Assembly (NCBI GenBank): GCA_043740635.1
Contig: JAYUBY010000323.1
Location: forward strand, 1-50,872
Source of the DNA: Alphaproteobacteria bacterium
GTDB taxonomy: Bacteria; Pseudomonadota; Alphaproteobacteria; Caulobacterales; Caulobacteraceae
DNA: 50,872 bases
Direction: 5' to 3'
A program made the position numbers and the translations under genes. The first letter of the stretch is position 1; each line of letters opens with the position of its first letter. This document shows positions 27,034 through 36,828 of the stretch, piece after piece. Under the pieces are notes generated by a model. It ran no database searches. It was not told the origin of the DNA and was given only the letters and a program-made list of their open reading frames with translations.

Positions 27034-30000
27034 TTGCTGGCGCGGCTCGTCCGATGGTCGTTGGATCACCAGCGATTTGTCGCTTGGGCGTGCCTTTTCC
27101 TGGTCATCGCCACTGCATTCTACGTGCGCGATCTCAATCCCACTTTCCTGCCAGAGACCGCGCCTATTGAGGCTCAGGTCCAGACCGAGGCCCCCGGGCT
27201 CGTGGCAGAGCAGGTGGAGCAATTGGTCACCCGCCCGATCGAGAGCACGCTGGCCGGGACATTGGGCGTCGCCCACGTGCACTCCCAGTCGTCCCAGGGA
27301 TTGTCCCTCGTCACATTGACCTTCTCAGCTGGCGCAGATCCCGTGCGCACGCGCCAGGCCTTGGTGGAGAACCTGTCTGAACTCGGCGGGAAGCTTCCGC
27401 CTGGCGCTGGCTCCCCGCGGCTATGGCCTATGCGCTCACAAGGCGGGCCTGTCCTGCAAGTCGGCTTCTTGAGCGACAAGCTCGACGCGATGGGATTGCG
27501 AGACCTTATCGAGTGGACGGTGCGACCGCGTCTGCTCGCCGTGCCTGGTGTCTCCGACGTCTCAGTCGTGGGTGGCGAAGTTCGGCGACTGGAAGTACGG
27601 GCCCGGCCGGGAGACCTGTCTGACAGCGATCTGGGGTTCCTGGACATCCTCAACGCCGTGCGCCGGTCTACCGGGGTAGCGGGAGCCGGGTTCATCGATA
27701 CGCCAAACCAGCGGGTTCTAATTGAACCGCAGGGCCAGGCCCTGACCGTCGACGCTGTGGGTGCGGGTCAAATCCAGGCGCCCGGCGCAGCGCCAGTTCG
27801 CATCAACGATGTCGCCGACGTCGTTGAAGCCGCCGCCCCAGCGTATGGCGACGCGTTGATTGATGGAAAGCGTGGCGTGTTGATCACCATCAATCGTCAG
27901 CACGGGGCCGACGCGCTGGACGTCACCCACGCCGTCGAAAGGTCGCTGTCAGTCCTTAAACCGGCTCTCGACGCCCAGGGGGTTGAGATGCGTCGCGACC
28001 TCGATCGGCCCGCAAGCTTCACATCCAACACGATGCGCGCCGTCGGCATCGACCTCTTGATTGGCGCGGCCCTTGTCGCGGTGATGTTGATTTTGGCCTT
28101 GCGCGATGTTCGCATCGCCTTCGTCGCACTGATTAGCCTGCCGCTGACATTTCTATTCTCGCTCGCGGTGCTGAAGTTCATGGGCTGGGGACTGAACGCT
28201 ATGACCCTGGGTGGGCTCGCTGTGGCCCTGGGTGTGGTGATCGACGATGCGGTGATCGACGTCGAAAACATCGCGGCGCGCCTGCGTGACGCCGACCAGC
28301 GTCATGCCTCCCACGTAGACGCCATTCTCGCCGCGTGCCTGGATGTGCGCGCACCCGTGATCTACGCGACCCTGGCGGTGGTGGCCGCAGTGCTGCCGCT
28401 GCTTGCGCTCACCGGGGCCCAGGGAACACTCCTGCGTCCCTTTGCGGGCGCGGTAATCGCCGCAAGCCTGGCCTCCCTTGTCGTGGCCGCGCTTGTGACA
28501 CCAGCGCTCGCGGCGCTCACGCTGCGACACCTCAAACCGGGCCATGACTCTCCGCCAGGATCGTGGCGGAAAATGCATCGAGCCTGGTTTGAGAGGCTGC
28601 AAAGCTCAGCGCGGCCCCTCGTCGTGGTTTCGCTCATCCTGGCCGCCGCGGCCTTGGCCAGCCTGTTGGTCGCCCGGCCGGAATTGCTGCCGGGTATTCA
28701 CGACGATCACATCACTTTCCAGATGACCGCACCCGGCTCGACGTCGCTCCCCGCGATGCGTGATATGGGCCAGCGCATTACGGCGGATCTCAGGGGCGTT
28801 CACGGTGTGCGAACCGTCAGCGAACGTATTGGGCGCGACCCGTCCGGCGCCGAAGCGACCGGGCTCGAGACGGCTACATTTTATGTCTGCCTTTCGGACG
28901 CGCTCGGCGGTTCAGCCCAGGAGGCAGTTGAGCGGCGGATCGCGAGCGACCTCTCCGCCAACTGGGGTTTTCATCCAACCGTCCGATCGGGATTTGATCG
29001 GGGACTGAAAGGCGCTGAAGCCAACGCACCCTTTGCTGTCACTGTCTTTGGTTCAGACCTCGACGCTCTTGATGCGACGGCTGACCGGATCGTTCAGATC
29101 TTGCGGACTGTCCCGGGCGGCGCCTCGGCGCGGATCACGGCCGCCGCCAAGGCCCCGGTCGTCCGTGTCGACATCAACTTCAATCGACTTGCGATCTTCG
29201 GCCTCTCGGTAGCCGACGTCCTGGACACCATTCAGGCGGCGTTCGCTGGCGAGCGAGTGGCCCAGATCTACGATCGCAATCGCACCATCGACCTTGCAAT
29301 CTCGGCGCAAGCGTCGCTTCGCCAGGACCCTGAAGCGGTGGGCGATCTTCTGCTTCGTTCGACGTCGGGCGTTTCGGTGCCGCTCAGAAGCGTCGCTAAC
29401 GTCTATCTCACCCAGGGCCGCGCGGAGATCGAACACGACGACGGACTTCGCCGGCAGGTGGTCATTGCTGAACCCGCCAAGTCCGACACAGGTCGATTTG
29501 CCAACTTAGCGCGCAGCGCCCTAGCGCGAAACCTGAGGCTCTCATCGGGGCAGTTCCTTGACTACGAAGGTGAGGACCGCAGCGCTTCGGTCGCGACCCG
29601 CAACCTCGCGCTCAGCTACGGACTGGCGCTCCTGGCGGTGTTGGGCGTCCTGACCATCGCCTTCGACGGCCGTTCAGCCATCGTGATCATCATCTCAACA
29701 CTGTTTTCGCTCCTGGGTGGTGCGATCGCTGTCTTCTTGCTGGGAGGAACAATCAGCCTGGGTCCGATCGCGGGCCTGATCGCCCTTTTCGGCTTGGCGA
29801 TCCGAAGTGGAGTCCTGCTGATCTCCCGCCTGGAAGACCTTGTGATTGACGAGCGTCAGCCCTGGTCTTTCGAGACCCTCGTCAGAGGGACCCAGCAACG
29901 CATCGCACCCCTTTTCATGAGTTCAATCCTGGCCACCTTGGCCTTGGCGCCGTTTGCGTTTCAGACGGGCCAGGGAGGGTTTGAAATCTTGGGACCGCTC

Positions 30001-30141
30001 TCGATCGTTGTTATCGCGGGCTTGATCTCTGCGAGCGTGGCCGGTCTCTTCGTGACCCCCATGCTGACTCTACTGATCTGGCGGCCGGGCTACGCACGCC
30101 TTGCGCGCCAACGCAAAGCGCACAACCCCGACCCCGCCTAG
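27034..30141 (+). CDS. RND efflux permease (CusA/CzcA-related), system 1
   Basis: 1035 aa; QTEAPGL..EQVEQLVTRPIE, LNAMTLGGLAVALGVVIDDAVIDVENI, GFEILGPL. Confidence 0.95.
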   Translation: MLARLVRWSLDHQRFVAWACLFLVIATAFYVRDLNPTFLPETAPIEAQVQTEAPGLVAEQVEQLVTRPIESTLAGTLGVAHVHSQSSQGLSLVTLTFSAGADPVRTRQALVENLSELGGKLPPGAGSPRLWPMRSQGGPVLQVGFLSDKLDAMGLRDLIEWTVRPRLLAVPGVSDVSVVGGEVRRLEVRARPGDLSDSDLGFLDILNAVRRSTGVAGAGFIDTPNQRVLIEPQGQALTVDAVGAGQIQAPGAAPVRINDVADVVEAAAPAYGDALIDGKRGVLITINRQHGADALDVTHAVERSLSVLKPALDAQGVEMRRDLDRPASFTSNTMRAVGIDLLIGAALVAVMLILALRDVRIAFVALISLPLTFLFSLAVLKFMGWGLNAMTLGGLAVALGVVIDDAVIDVENIAARLRDADQRHASHVDAILAACLDVRAPVIYATLAVVAAVLPLLALTGAQGTLLRPFAGAVIAASLASLVVAALVTPALAALTLRHLKPGHDSPPGSWRKMHRAWFERLQSSARPLVVVSLILAAAALASLLVARPELLPGIHDDHITFQMTAPGSTSLPAMRDMGQRITADLRGVHGVRTVSERIGRDPSGAEATGLETATFYVCLSDALGGSAQEAVERRIASDLSANWGFHPTVRSGFDRGLKGAEANAPFAVTVFGSDLDALDATADRIVQILRTVPGGASARITAAAKAPVVRVDINFNRLAIFGLSVADVLDTIQAAFAGERVAQIYDRNRTIDLAISAQASLRQDPEAVGDLLLRSTSGVSVPLRSVANVYLTQGRAEIEHDDGLRRQVVIAEPAKSDTGRFANLARSALARNLRLSSGQFLDYEGEDRSASVATRNLALSYGLALLAVLGVLTIAFDGRSAIVIIISTLFSLLGGAIAVFLLGGTISLGPIAGLIALFGLAIRSGVLLISRLEDLVIDERQPWSFETLVRGTQQRIAPLFMSSILATLALAPFAFQTGQGGFEILGPLSIVVIAGLISASVAGLFVTPMLTLLIWRPGYARLARQRKAHNPDPA

Positions 30142-30161
30142 TGGATCGAACCGAAGGCTGC

Positions 30162-31544
30162 TTATGCCTGTCCGAGCTTCGGTTCATCCCTCGGCTGTTC
30201 CAGGTGGCGAAGCTTGAGCACGAAGCGCGCGCCGCCGCCCGGCGCGGTTTCAATCTGGAGCTCGCCGCCGTGAGCCAGGACAATGCGAGAGACGATATTC
30301 AATCCTAAGCCACTGCCTAAAGAGCGTCGATCACGCCGCCAGAACCGCTGCAGGATCAGCTCGCGTTCGGATTCCGGGACGCCCGGCCCTTGATCGGAGA
30401 CCTGCGCTAGACAGTCCGGGGTGATGTCAATCGAGACCACGCCGTTGGCGGGGCTGTGAGCCAACCCATTCTCGACGAGATTGCGCAGCGCCCGAAAAAG
30501 CGCCTCGGCCTCGCCATGCACCCAAATGGGCGCCTCGCCGACGCTCACCGCCACCTGTTTGCCCGATGAGATCGCAGACGGCGCCATGAAGCCCGCAACC
30601 TCCAGCCCGACGGCGCGCAGATCCGCCCGATCGGTGGGCGCCAGTGTGAAGGTCTCCAACTCCGTGAGCGCTAGGAGCTGATCGACCATCCGGCTCATCG
30701 CGTCGATGTCCGCCCTTAGGAGGCTGGCCGCGTTCGTGTCGGCGAGACCGTCAACCCTCAGTCGCAGGATGGAGAGTGGTGTCCGAAGTTCGTGGGCGAC
30801 GTCGGCAGTGAAATCGCGCTGGGTTCGAAATCCCGCCTCGATACGATCGAGCGCCTGGTTCATCGCCGTGACTAGCGGCGCAACTTCATCGGGAAGTCCG
30901 GCGGTCGGAAGGCGGACATCGATCCGATCGGGATGAATTGAACCGGCGTGTTTGGAGGCCGCTAGGACCGGCAGGAGCGCGCGCCTGACGATGAAGATGT
31001 CCGCGAGCAGCAGGAGCGTGATGATCGGAACAATCAACCACAGGATTTGGCGAAGGAATTGAGCCACGACGTCATCGGCGAAAACGTCGGGATGTTGCAG
31101 GTTCTGGGTGACCTGAATCCACACCTCGCGACCGCCGAGGCGCTTGGGGTAGCTGATGCCATAGTAGGCGACTGGACCCTGAGTCCGCTGGAAATAGGTT
31201 GTCGTCGAATTTCTTGGATCGCTCGGAAAGAGCGAGCCGCCCGAGGGCAGGGAGGAAAAGAGCGTCTGTCCGGCCTTGTCCAGGACGGCGAAACTGAAGC
31301 CGCCATAGCCATGGGTGTAAAGATCTCTCTGTTCCGCCGGGATCTTGATCGAAAGACCTGAGTCCGCAGGCTGAACAGCTTGGGCGATGGCCACGGCATG
31401 TTCACTTAGGGTCTTGTGTTCGAAGGCCGCAAGGATGGCGTTCAACAAGAGATGGATCGATGCGATCATCGCGACAACGGCCACCGTCATAGCCGCCATG
31501 TGCAGCCACACGATCCGCGAAACCAGCGTGCCGAAGCGCAGCAT
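30162..31544 (-). CDS. Sensor histidine kinase (QseC/TctE-like; TM-periplasmic-TM-HAMP)
   Basis: FTADVAHELRTPL, NLVENGL, SDQGPG, GSGLGL. Confidence 0.95.
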   Translation of the reverse strand: MLRFGTLVSRIVWLHMAAMTVAVVAMIASIHLLLNAILAAFEHKTLSEHAVAIAQAVQPADSGLSIKIPAEQRDLYTHGYGGFSFAVLDKAGQTLFSSLPSGGSLFPSDPRNSTTTYFQRTQGPVAYYGISYPKRLGGREVWIQVTQNLQHPDVFADDVVAQFLRQILWLIVPIITLLLLADIFIVRRALLPVLAASKHAGSIHPDRIDVRLPTAGLPDEVAPLVTAMNQALDRIEAGFRTQRDFTADVAHELRTPLSILRLRVDGLADTNAASLLRADIDAMSRMVDQLLALTELETFTLAPTDRADLRAVGLEVAGFMAPSAISSGKQVAVSVGEAPIWVHGEAEALFRALRNLVENGLAHSPANGVVSIDITPDCLAQVSDQGPGVPESERELILQRFWRRDRRSLGSGLGLNIVSRIVLAHGGELQIETAPGGGARFVLKLRHLEQPRDEPKLGQA

Positions 31545-32218
31545 TAGCGCGTTTCGGCCAGGAGGTAGCCCACACCCCTGACGGTGTGAATGTCGGCGCG
31601 TACCTGCAGCGGCTCCAGGCGCTTGCGCAGCCGATGGACTTGGACCTCGACAGCGTTAGATCCGATTTCGGTGTTGAGGCCGAAGAGATGGTCCTCCACG
31701 TGCTGCTTGAGCACCACGCGTCCGCTGCGTCGCATTAGAATTTCCAGAAGGTCCAGCTCGCGTCCCGAAAAGATGTGGGGCTCTCCGCGCACGGACATCT
31801 GGCGGGCTCGGGTATCGAGCGCGAGATCGCCCACCCGCAGCACCTGTCCCAGGATTTCACCGGGACGGCGAAGTAGGGCGTCGAGGCGGGCCGTAAGCTC
31901 CTCGATGGCGAAGGGTTTCAGAAGGTAATCGTCGGCTCCAGCGCGCAAGCCGGTCACGCGGTCCCCCACACCCCCGCGCGCCGTCAAGACCAGTACGGGC
32001 GTGGAATCGTGGCGAGCGCGCATTTCCGTCAGAACGCCAAGACCATCCTCGTCAGGAAGACCCAGGTCCAGGATCAGAGCCGCATAGCGTCTGGTGGCGG
32101 TCGCCAGTCGCGCCGATTCAGCCGTCGCCACATGATCAACCGAGAACCCGGATTGTTCCAATGCGCTTGCGAGCAAGCCGGAGAGCTCCAGGTTGTCTTC
32201 GACGATGAGGAGGCGCAT
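31544..32218 (-). CDS. OmpR-family response regulator (QseB/TctD-like)
   Basis: MRLLIVEDN, LDLGLPDEDG, GADDYLLKPF, NAVEVQVHRLRKRL, TVRGVGY. Confidence 0.96.
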   Translation of the reverse strand: MRLLIVEDNLELSGLLASALEQSGFSVDHVATAESARLATATRRYAALILDLGLPDEDGLGVLTEMRARHDSTPVLVLTARGGVGDRVTGLRAGADDYLLKPFAIEELTARLDALLRRPGEILGQVLRVGDLALDTRARQMSVRGEPHIFSGRELDLLEILMRRSGRVVLKQHVEDHLFGLNTEIGSNAVEVQVHRLRKRLEPLQVRADIHTVRGVGYLLAETR

Positions 32219-32306
32219 TCGCAACCCTTTCCGGCGGTCGCTCGGACCGCGCGGGGCTATAGCCGATCCGGCCGCCGACGTCGAAGAGCAGGGTCGCCTC
32301 CCCGCT

Positions 32307-32323
32307 TGTAAGGTCAGCGTAAG
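32307..32323. promoter_or_regulatory. Direct repeat, candidate OmpR-family operator in the divergent promoter region
   Basis: TGTAAG-GTCAG-CGTAAG: GTAAG repeated with 11-bp periodicity between the regulator and the second efflux operon. Confidence 0.55.
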
Positions 32324-32432
32324 CTTAGCCGATTATGGGGCTACCGCGCTTTGATAAGGCCTCACGCCCGGCTTCCGCCGATCGTTCCTGACAGAGCGCT
32401 CAATCCTGTGCGTTCTTCGGGAAGCTGTGATT

Positions 32433-33656
32433 ATGCAACACGCGCCTGCGACGGCGACGCCGGGTCGCCGCCTGCAGCGGCGAACTCAGCTCATGATATT
32501 GGGCGCCGCAGGTCTGATTGCGGTCTTCTTGCTGTTCGGCGCGCCGCTGCTGGTTCACGCGTTTGCTTCCAAACCTCCTCCAAAGCCCCCGCCCGCACCG
32601 GCCGGAACCTTCATTGCGACGACCGAACAATGGGCGACTTTGAAGTTCGCAGCTGTCCAGACGGCTGGCTTCCGCTCCGAGGTTCAGACCGAGGGCAAGA
32701 TCGCGACGAACGATGATCAGACAACCCAGGTCTTTTCGCCCTATTCCGGCCTGGTTACGCGGGTCATGGCGAAGGCGGGCGATCGGGTGCGCGCCGGCCA
32801 GCCATTGTTTGCCGTTCAGGCCAGTGAATTCGCTCAGGGGCAATCTGATCTGGCCAGCGCCGTCGCTCAGGCCAAGCTGACTGGCGCCGCGGCGGAGCGG
32901 CAACGGGAACTTTACAAAGCCAGCGGCGCAGCCCTCAAGGACCTGCAGCAAAGCGGAGCCGACTTCGCTGCGGCCACCGCCAACCTTGAGATGGTGCGAA
33001 ATCGACTGAGGATCCTGGGCAAGAGCGAGGCCGAAATCGCGCGGCTGGAGCGCGGTGCGAACGCCAAGGGTGCAGCTGAGGCTGTCGTATCCTCGCCGAT
33101 CAACGGCGTTGTCACTGCGCGCACTGTGGGCGTTGGCCAAAACATTGGAAGCGTCACCAACGGCGGCGCCAATCCGGCCTTTGTCGTCAGCAATGTCTCA
33201 ACGGTCTGGCTGGTGGGTCAGCTGCGCGAGAGCGATGCACCCAAAGCTCGTGTCGGAGAAACGGTCGAAGTCCGTGTGGCCGCGATCCCGGACCGCGTCT
33301 TCACATCAAAGGTCGATTTCGTCTCGCCAACTGTCGACCCGCTTACGCACCGGATTACCGTTCGTGCCCCGATCCTCAATTCGGTCGGGCTCCTAAAACC
33401 CGAGATGTTCGCCGGCTTCACGTTGATCACCGATGGCGCCTCGCAAGCCGCCGCTGTTCCCGATGCGGCGGTGATCTATGAGGGTGACACCGCGCGGGTT
33501 TGGATCGCCCATCCCGGCCGCAGGCTCGAGCTTCGCCAGATCAAGGCGGGACGCTCGACAGGCGGGATGATCGAAGTGCTGGCGGGTCTCAAGCCGGGCG
33601 AGCATGTGGTCACCAGCGGCTCTCTCTTCATCGACCGCGCAGCGCAAAGCGGCTGA
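32433..33656 (+). CDS. RND periplasmic adaptor (CzcB/CusB-like)
   Basis: N-terminal TM, VFSPYSGLV, SPINGVV, VDPLTHRITVRA, LKPEMF, VPDAAV, GEHVVTSGSLFI. Confidence 0.93.
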   Translation: MQHAPATATPGRRLQRRTQLMILGAAGLIAVFLLFGAPLLVHAFASKPPPKPPPAPAGTFIATTEQWATLKFAAVQTAGFRSEVQTEGKIATNDDQTTQVFSPYSGLVTRVMAKAGDRVRAGQPLFAVQASEFAQGQSDLASAVAQAKLTGAAAERQRELYKASGAALKDLQQSGADFAAATANLEMVRNRLRILGKSEAEIARLERGANAKGAAEAVVSSPINGVVTARTVGVGQNIGSVTNGGANPAFVVSNVSTVWLVGQLRESDAPKARVGETVEVRVAAIPDRVFTSKVDFVSPTVDPLTHRITVRAPILNSVGLLKPEMFAGFTLITDGASQAAAVPDAAVIYEGDTARVWIAHPGRRLELRQIKAGRSTGGMIEVLAGLKPGEHVVTSGSLFIDRAAQSG

Positions 33657-33661
33657 CGACT

Positions 33662-36600
33662 ATGAACAGCGTCGTTCGTTTCGCTCTGCGCAATCGCGTT
33701 CTCATGATGGTCTTCCTGGCGGTGGTCTTCGTGGCCGGCGTCGTTGGCTTCCTGAAGCTGAATATCGAAGCCTATCCCGACCCAGTTCCACCGCTTGTGC
33801 AGGTAATTACCCAATCGAGCGGACAGTCGGCGGAGGAGATGGAGCGCTACGTCACCATCCCCATCGAAATACAAATGGCCGGAATTCCGAACGTCACGAG
33901 CGTGCGGACCACCTCGCTCTTCGGTCTCTCGGAAGTGAACGTGCAGTTCACCTACGACTTCACCCACGATGAAGCTGAGCAGCGGGTGATCAATCGGCTG
34001 ACGCAGCTCAACGCGCTTCCCAACGGCGCGCAACCCCAGATCTCCCCAGAGAGTCCGATTGGCGAGATCTACCGCTATCGGGTTGTCGGACCGCCTGGCT
34101 ACTCGGTGACTGACCTGAAGACCTTGCAGGACTGGGTGCTGCAACGCCGCTTCAAGGCCGTGCCCGGCGTCATCGATGTGACCGGATGGGGCGGCAAGAC
34201 CAAAACTTACGACGTCAACATCGATAAGCAGAAGCTGATCGCTTACGGATTGACGCTGCCACAGGTCCTGGCCGCACTCAACAACAGCAACCTCAACGTC
34301 GGTGGCCAGACCGTGAACTTCGGTCCGCAGGCGGCCATCGTCCGCGGCGTGGGTCTCATCCACTCGATCGATCAAATCAGCAGCACCATGCTGACGTCGA
34401 ACAGCGGAACCCCGGTTCTTGTGGGCGACGTTGCGACAGTCAAGGTCGGAAACCTGCCCCGGCTCGGCATCGCAGGCCAGGATCACGACGACGACATCGT
34501 TCAAGGCGTCGTGCTGATGCATCGCGGCGAGCAGAGCTCGCCCACCATCAAGGCCGTGGAAGCCGAGGTCAAAAAGATCAACTCGACCGGGGTCCTGCCT
34601 CCCGGCGTATCAGTTCAGAAGATCTACGATCGAAGCGACCTGATCGCGGTCACCACCCGCACGGTTCTGGAGAACATGCTTGGCGGGATGGTCCTAATCT
34701 TTGTGATTCAATGGATTTTCCTGGGCAATCTGCGGAGCGCCATCATCGTGGCGGCCACGATCCCCTTTGCCCTCTTCTTCGCCATCCTGATCATGACTGT
34801 GCGCGGGGAGTCCGCGAACCTCCTGTCGGTGGGCGCGATCGACTTTGGGCTCGTGGTCGATGCGACAGTGATCATGGTCGAGAACATCTTCCGCCATATG
34901 GCCGAGGCTTCCAGCCACGGGCCACCCAACGAGCGGCACAAGGGAATATTGGGCAGGGTTGCGATCATCTCGGAGTCTGCGGCCGAGGTGAACAAGTCGA
35001 TCTTTTTCTCAGCCGCTATCATCATCGCAAGCTTTCTTCCGCTCTTCACCCTGGTTGGGGTGGAAGGCCACATCTTCGGGCCGATGGCCAAGACCTACGC
35101 ATACGCGATCGCCGGCGGCCTGCTTGCGACCTTCACAATTTCTCCGGCGCTGAGCGCATTGATGCTGCCCAACAAGGTAAGTGAGGAAGACACTTATTTT
35201 GTCCGCCTCCTACGACGCCTCTACAACCCAGTGTTGGAGTTCGCTCTTGCCAACCGGCTTCTGACGCTCGGAGGGGCGGCCATGATGTTCGCTGTCACTG
35301 TGCTGGCGGCGAGCAGCCTGGGCCTGGAGTTCCTGCCCCACCTGGAGGAAGGCAACTTCTGGATTCGGGCGACTTTTCCGCAGTCAGTCTCACTCGAGGC
35401 GAGTGACGAGGCGGTCAATCAGATGCGCACCCTGATGTCGCGCTATCCGGAAGTGCAGACCGTCGTCTCGCAACACGGCCGACCCGATGACGGCACCGAC
35501 TCGACCGGCTTTTTCAACGCCGAATTCTTCGTGCCGCTGAAGCCAACCAACACCTGGCCGCATGGCGTCGACAAAGCGAAACTCACCAAGGAGTTGAGCG
35601 ATGCGCTGACCAACAGGTTCCCGGGCGTCTCCTTCAATTTCTCGCAGAATATCGAAGACAATGTCGAGGAGGCCGCCTCGGGCGTAAAGGGCGAGAACTC
35701 CGTCAAGATCTATGGCGGTGATCTGAACGCGCTCCAGAAAACGGCCGACAAGATCAAGGCAGTGATCAGCACCGTGCCTGGGATCACGGACCTGGCGGTC
35801 TTCAACTCCCTAGGTCAGCCCACGGTCCAGATCGACGTCGATCGCGCCAAGGCCGCGCGATACAAACTGTCGCCAGGCGACATCAACAACACCGTTCAGG
35901 CCGCGATCGGCGGCGAGGCCGCAGGCAATCTCTATGAGGATGGGAGCGACCGGAACTTCCCGCTCATTGTACGTCTGGCTCCTGGTTATCGACAGAACCT
36001 GGATGAAATCCGTCGGATTACGGTCGGCGCGCCCAATCCCTCCGGCAGCGGCGTGATCCAGGTGCCACTCGCCGACGTCGCAAACGTCAAGCTCGTTTCA
36101 GGGGCGTCCTTCATCTACCGCGACCAGCAGCAGCGCTACATTCCGATCAAGTTTTCCGTTCGCGGGCGCGACCTTGGCGGCGCTGTGTTGGAGGCCCAAC
36201 AAAAGGTCGCCAAACAGGTGGTTCTGCCCGGCGGCTATCGCCTGGAGTGGGTGGGTGAGCTTGGGCAGTTGCAAAGCGCGATGGCGCGGCTCGAAATCGT
36301 CATTCCGATCAGCCTGCTGCTGATCGGCCTACTGCTCTACATGAACTTCTCGCGGATCAGCGACACCCTGCTCGCCGCTAGCGTGATGCCGATGGCCGCG
36401 ATCGGAGGGATTCTCACTCTCTTTGTGACCGGCACCCCGCTCAGTATCTCCGCAGTGATCGGCTTCATCGGTCTCTTCGGCATCTCGGTGATGAACGGCA
36501 TCATCGTGGTCTCGTCGTTCAACATGAACCTCGACGGCGGACTGGACCGGGCAGCCGCGATCCGGCGCGCGTGCGAAACCCAGCTGAGGCCGGTGATGAT

Positions 36601-36823
36601 TACCTGCAACGCTGCGTGTGTGGGTCTGCTTCCTGCCGCGGTATCGACGGGCATCGGTTCTCAGGTCCAAAAGCCCCTCGCGCTTGTGGTCGTGGGCGGG
36701 ATCCTGCTTGCGCCGGCCTTGATCCTCATCGTCCTGCCTGTGCTGCTGGACCTTTTCTCTCGCCGAACGGCTCGGGTTGAGGAGCCGGACGTGGTGGGAC
36801 TGGCGCCTGGCACGGGGGAGTAG
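33662..36823 (+). CDS. Heavy-metal-efflux (CzcA/CusA family) RND permease, system 2
   Basis: IEAYPDP, SAEEMERYVTIPIE, ANLLSVGAIDFGLVVDATVIMVENI, EFLPHLEEG, GIGSQVQKPLA. ATG at 33662. Confidence 0.96.
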   Translation: MNSVVRFALRNRVLMMVFLAVVFVAGVVGFLKLNIEAYPDPVPPLVQVITQSSGQSAEEMERYVTIPIEIQMAGIPNVTSVRTTSLFGLSEVNVQFTYDFTHDEAEQRVINRLTQLNALPNGAQPQISPESPIGEIYRYRVVGPPGYSVTDLKTLQDWVLQRRFKAVPGVIDVTGWGGKTKTYDVNIDKQKLIAYGLTLPQVLAALNNSNLNVGGQTVNFGPQAAIVRGVGLIHSIDQISSTMLTSNSGTPVLVGDVATVKVGNLPRLGIAGQDHDDDIVQGVVLMHRGEQSSPTIKAVEAEVKKINSTGVLPPGVSVQKIYDRSDLIAVTTRTVLENMLGGMVLIFVIQWIFLGNLRSAIIVAATIPFALFFAILIMTVRGESANLLSVGAIDFGLVVDATVIMVENIFRHMAEASSHGPPNERHKGILGRVAIISESAAEVNKSIFFSAAIIIASFLPLFTLVGVEGHIFGPMAKTYAYAIAGGLLATFTISPALSALMLPNKVSEEDTYFVRLLRRLYNPVLEFALANRLLTLGGAAMMFAVTVLAASSLGLEFLPHLEEGNFWIRATFPQSVSLEASDEAVNQMRTLMSRYPEVQTVVSQHGRPDDGTDSTGFFNAEFFVPLKPTNTWPHGVDKAKLTKELSDALTNRFPGVSFNFSQNIEDNVEEAASGVKGENSVKIYGGDLNALQKTADKIKAVISTVPGITDLAVFNSLGQPTVQIDVDRAKAARYKLSPGDINNTVQAAIGGEAAGNLYEDGSDRNFPLIVRLAPGYRQNLDEIRRITVGAPNPSGSGVIQVPLADVANVKLVSGASFIYRDQQQRYIPIKFSVRGRDLGGAVLEAQQKVAKQVVLPGGYRLEWVGELGQLQSAMARLEIVIPISLLLIGLLLYMNFSRISDTLLAASVMPMAAIGGILTLFVTGTPLSISAVIGFIGLFGISVMNGIIVVSSFNMNLDGGLDRAAAIRRACETQLRPVMITCNAACVGLLPAAVSTGIGSQVQKPLALVVVGGILLAPALILIVLPVLLDLFSRRTARVEEPDVVGLAPGTGE

Positions 36824-36828
36824 ACGTC

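Noticed and set aside
33476-34522. 348-aa minus-strand ORF and similar ORFs opposite the RND, mutS, ampG and gdh genes
   Set aside because: Antisense shadows of well-supported genes.
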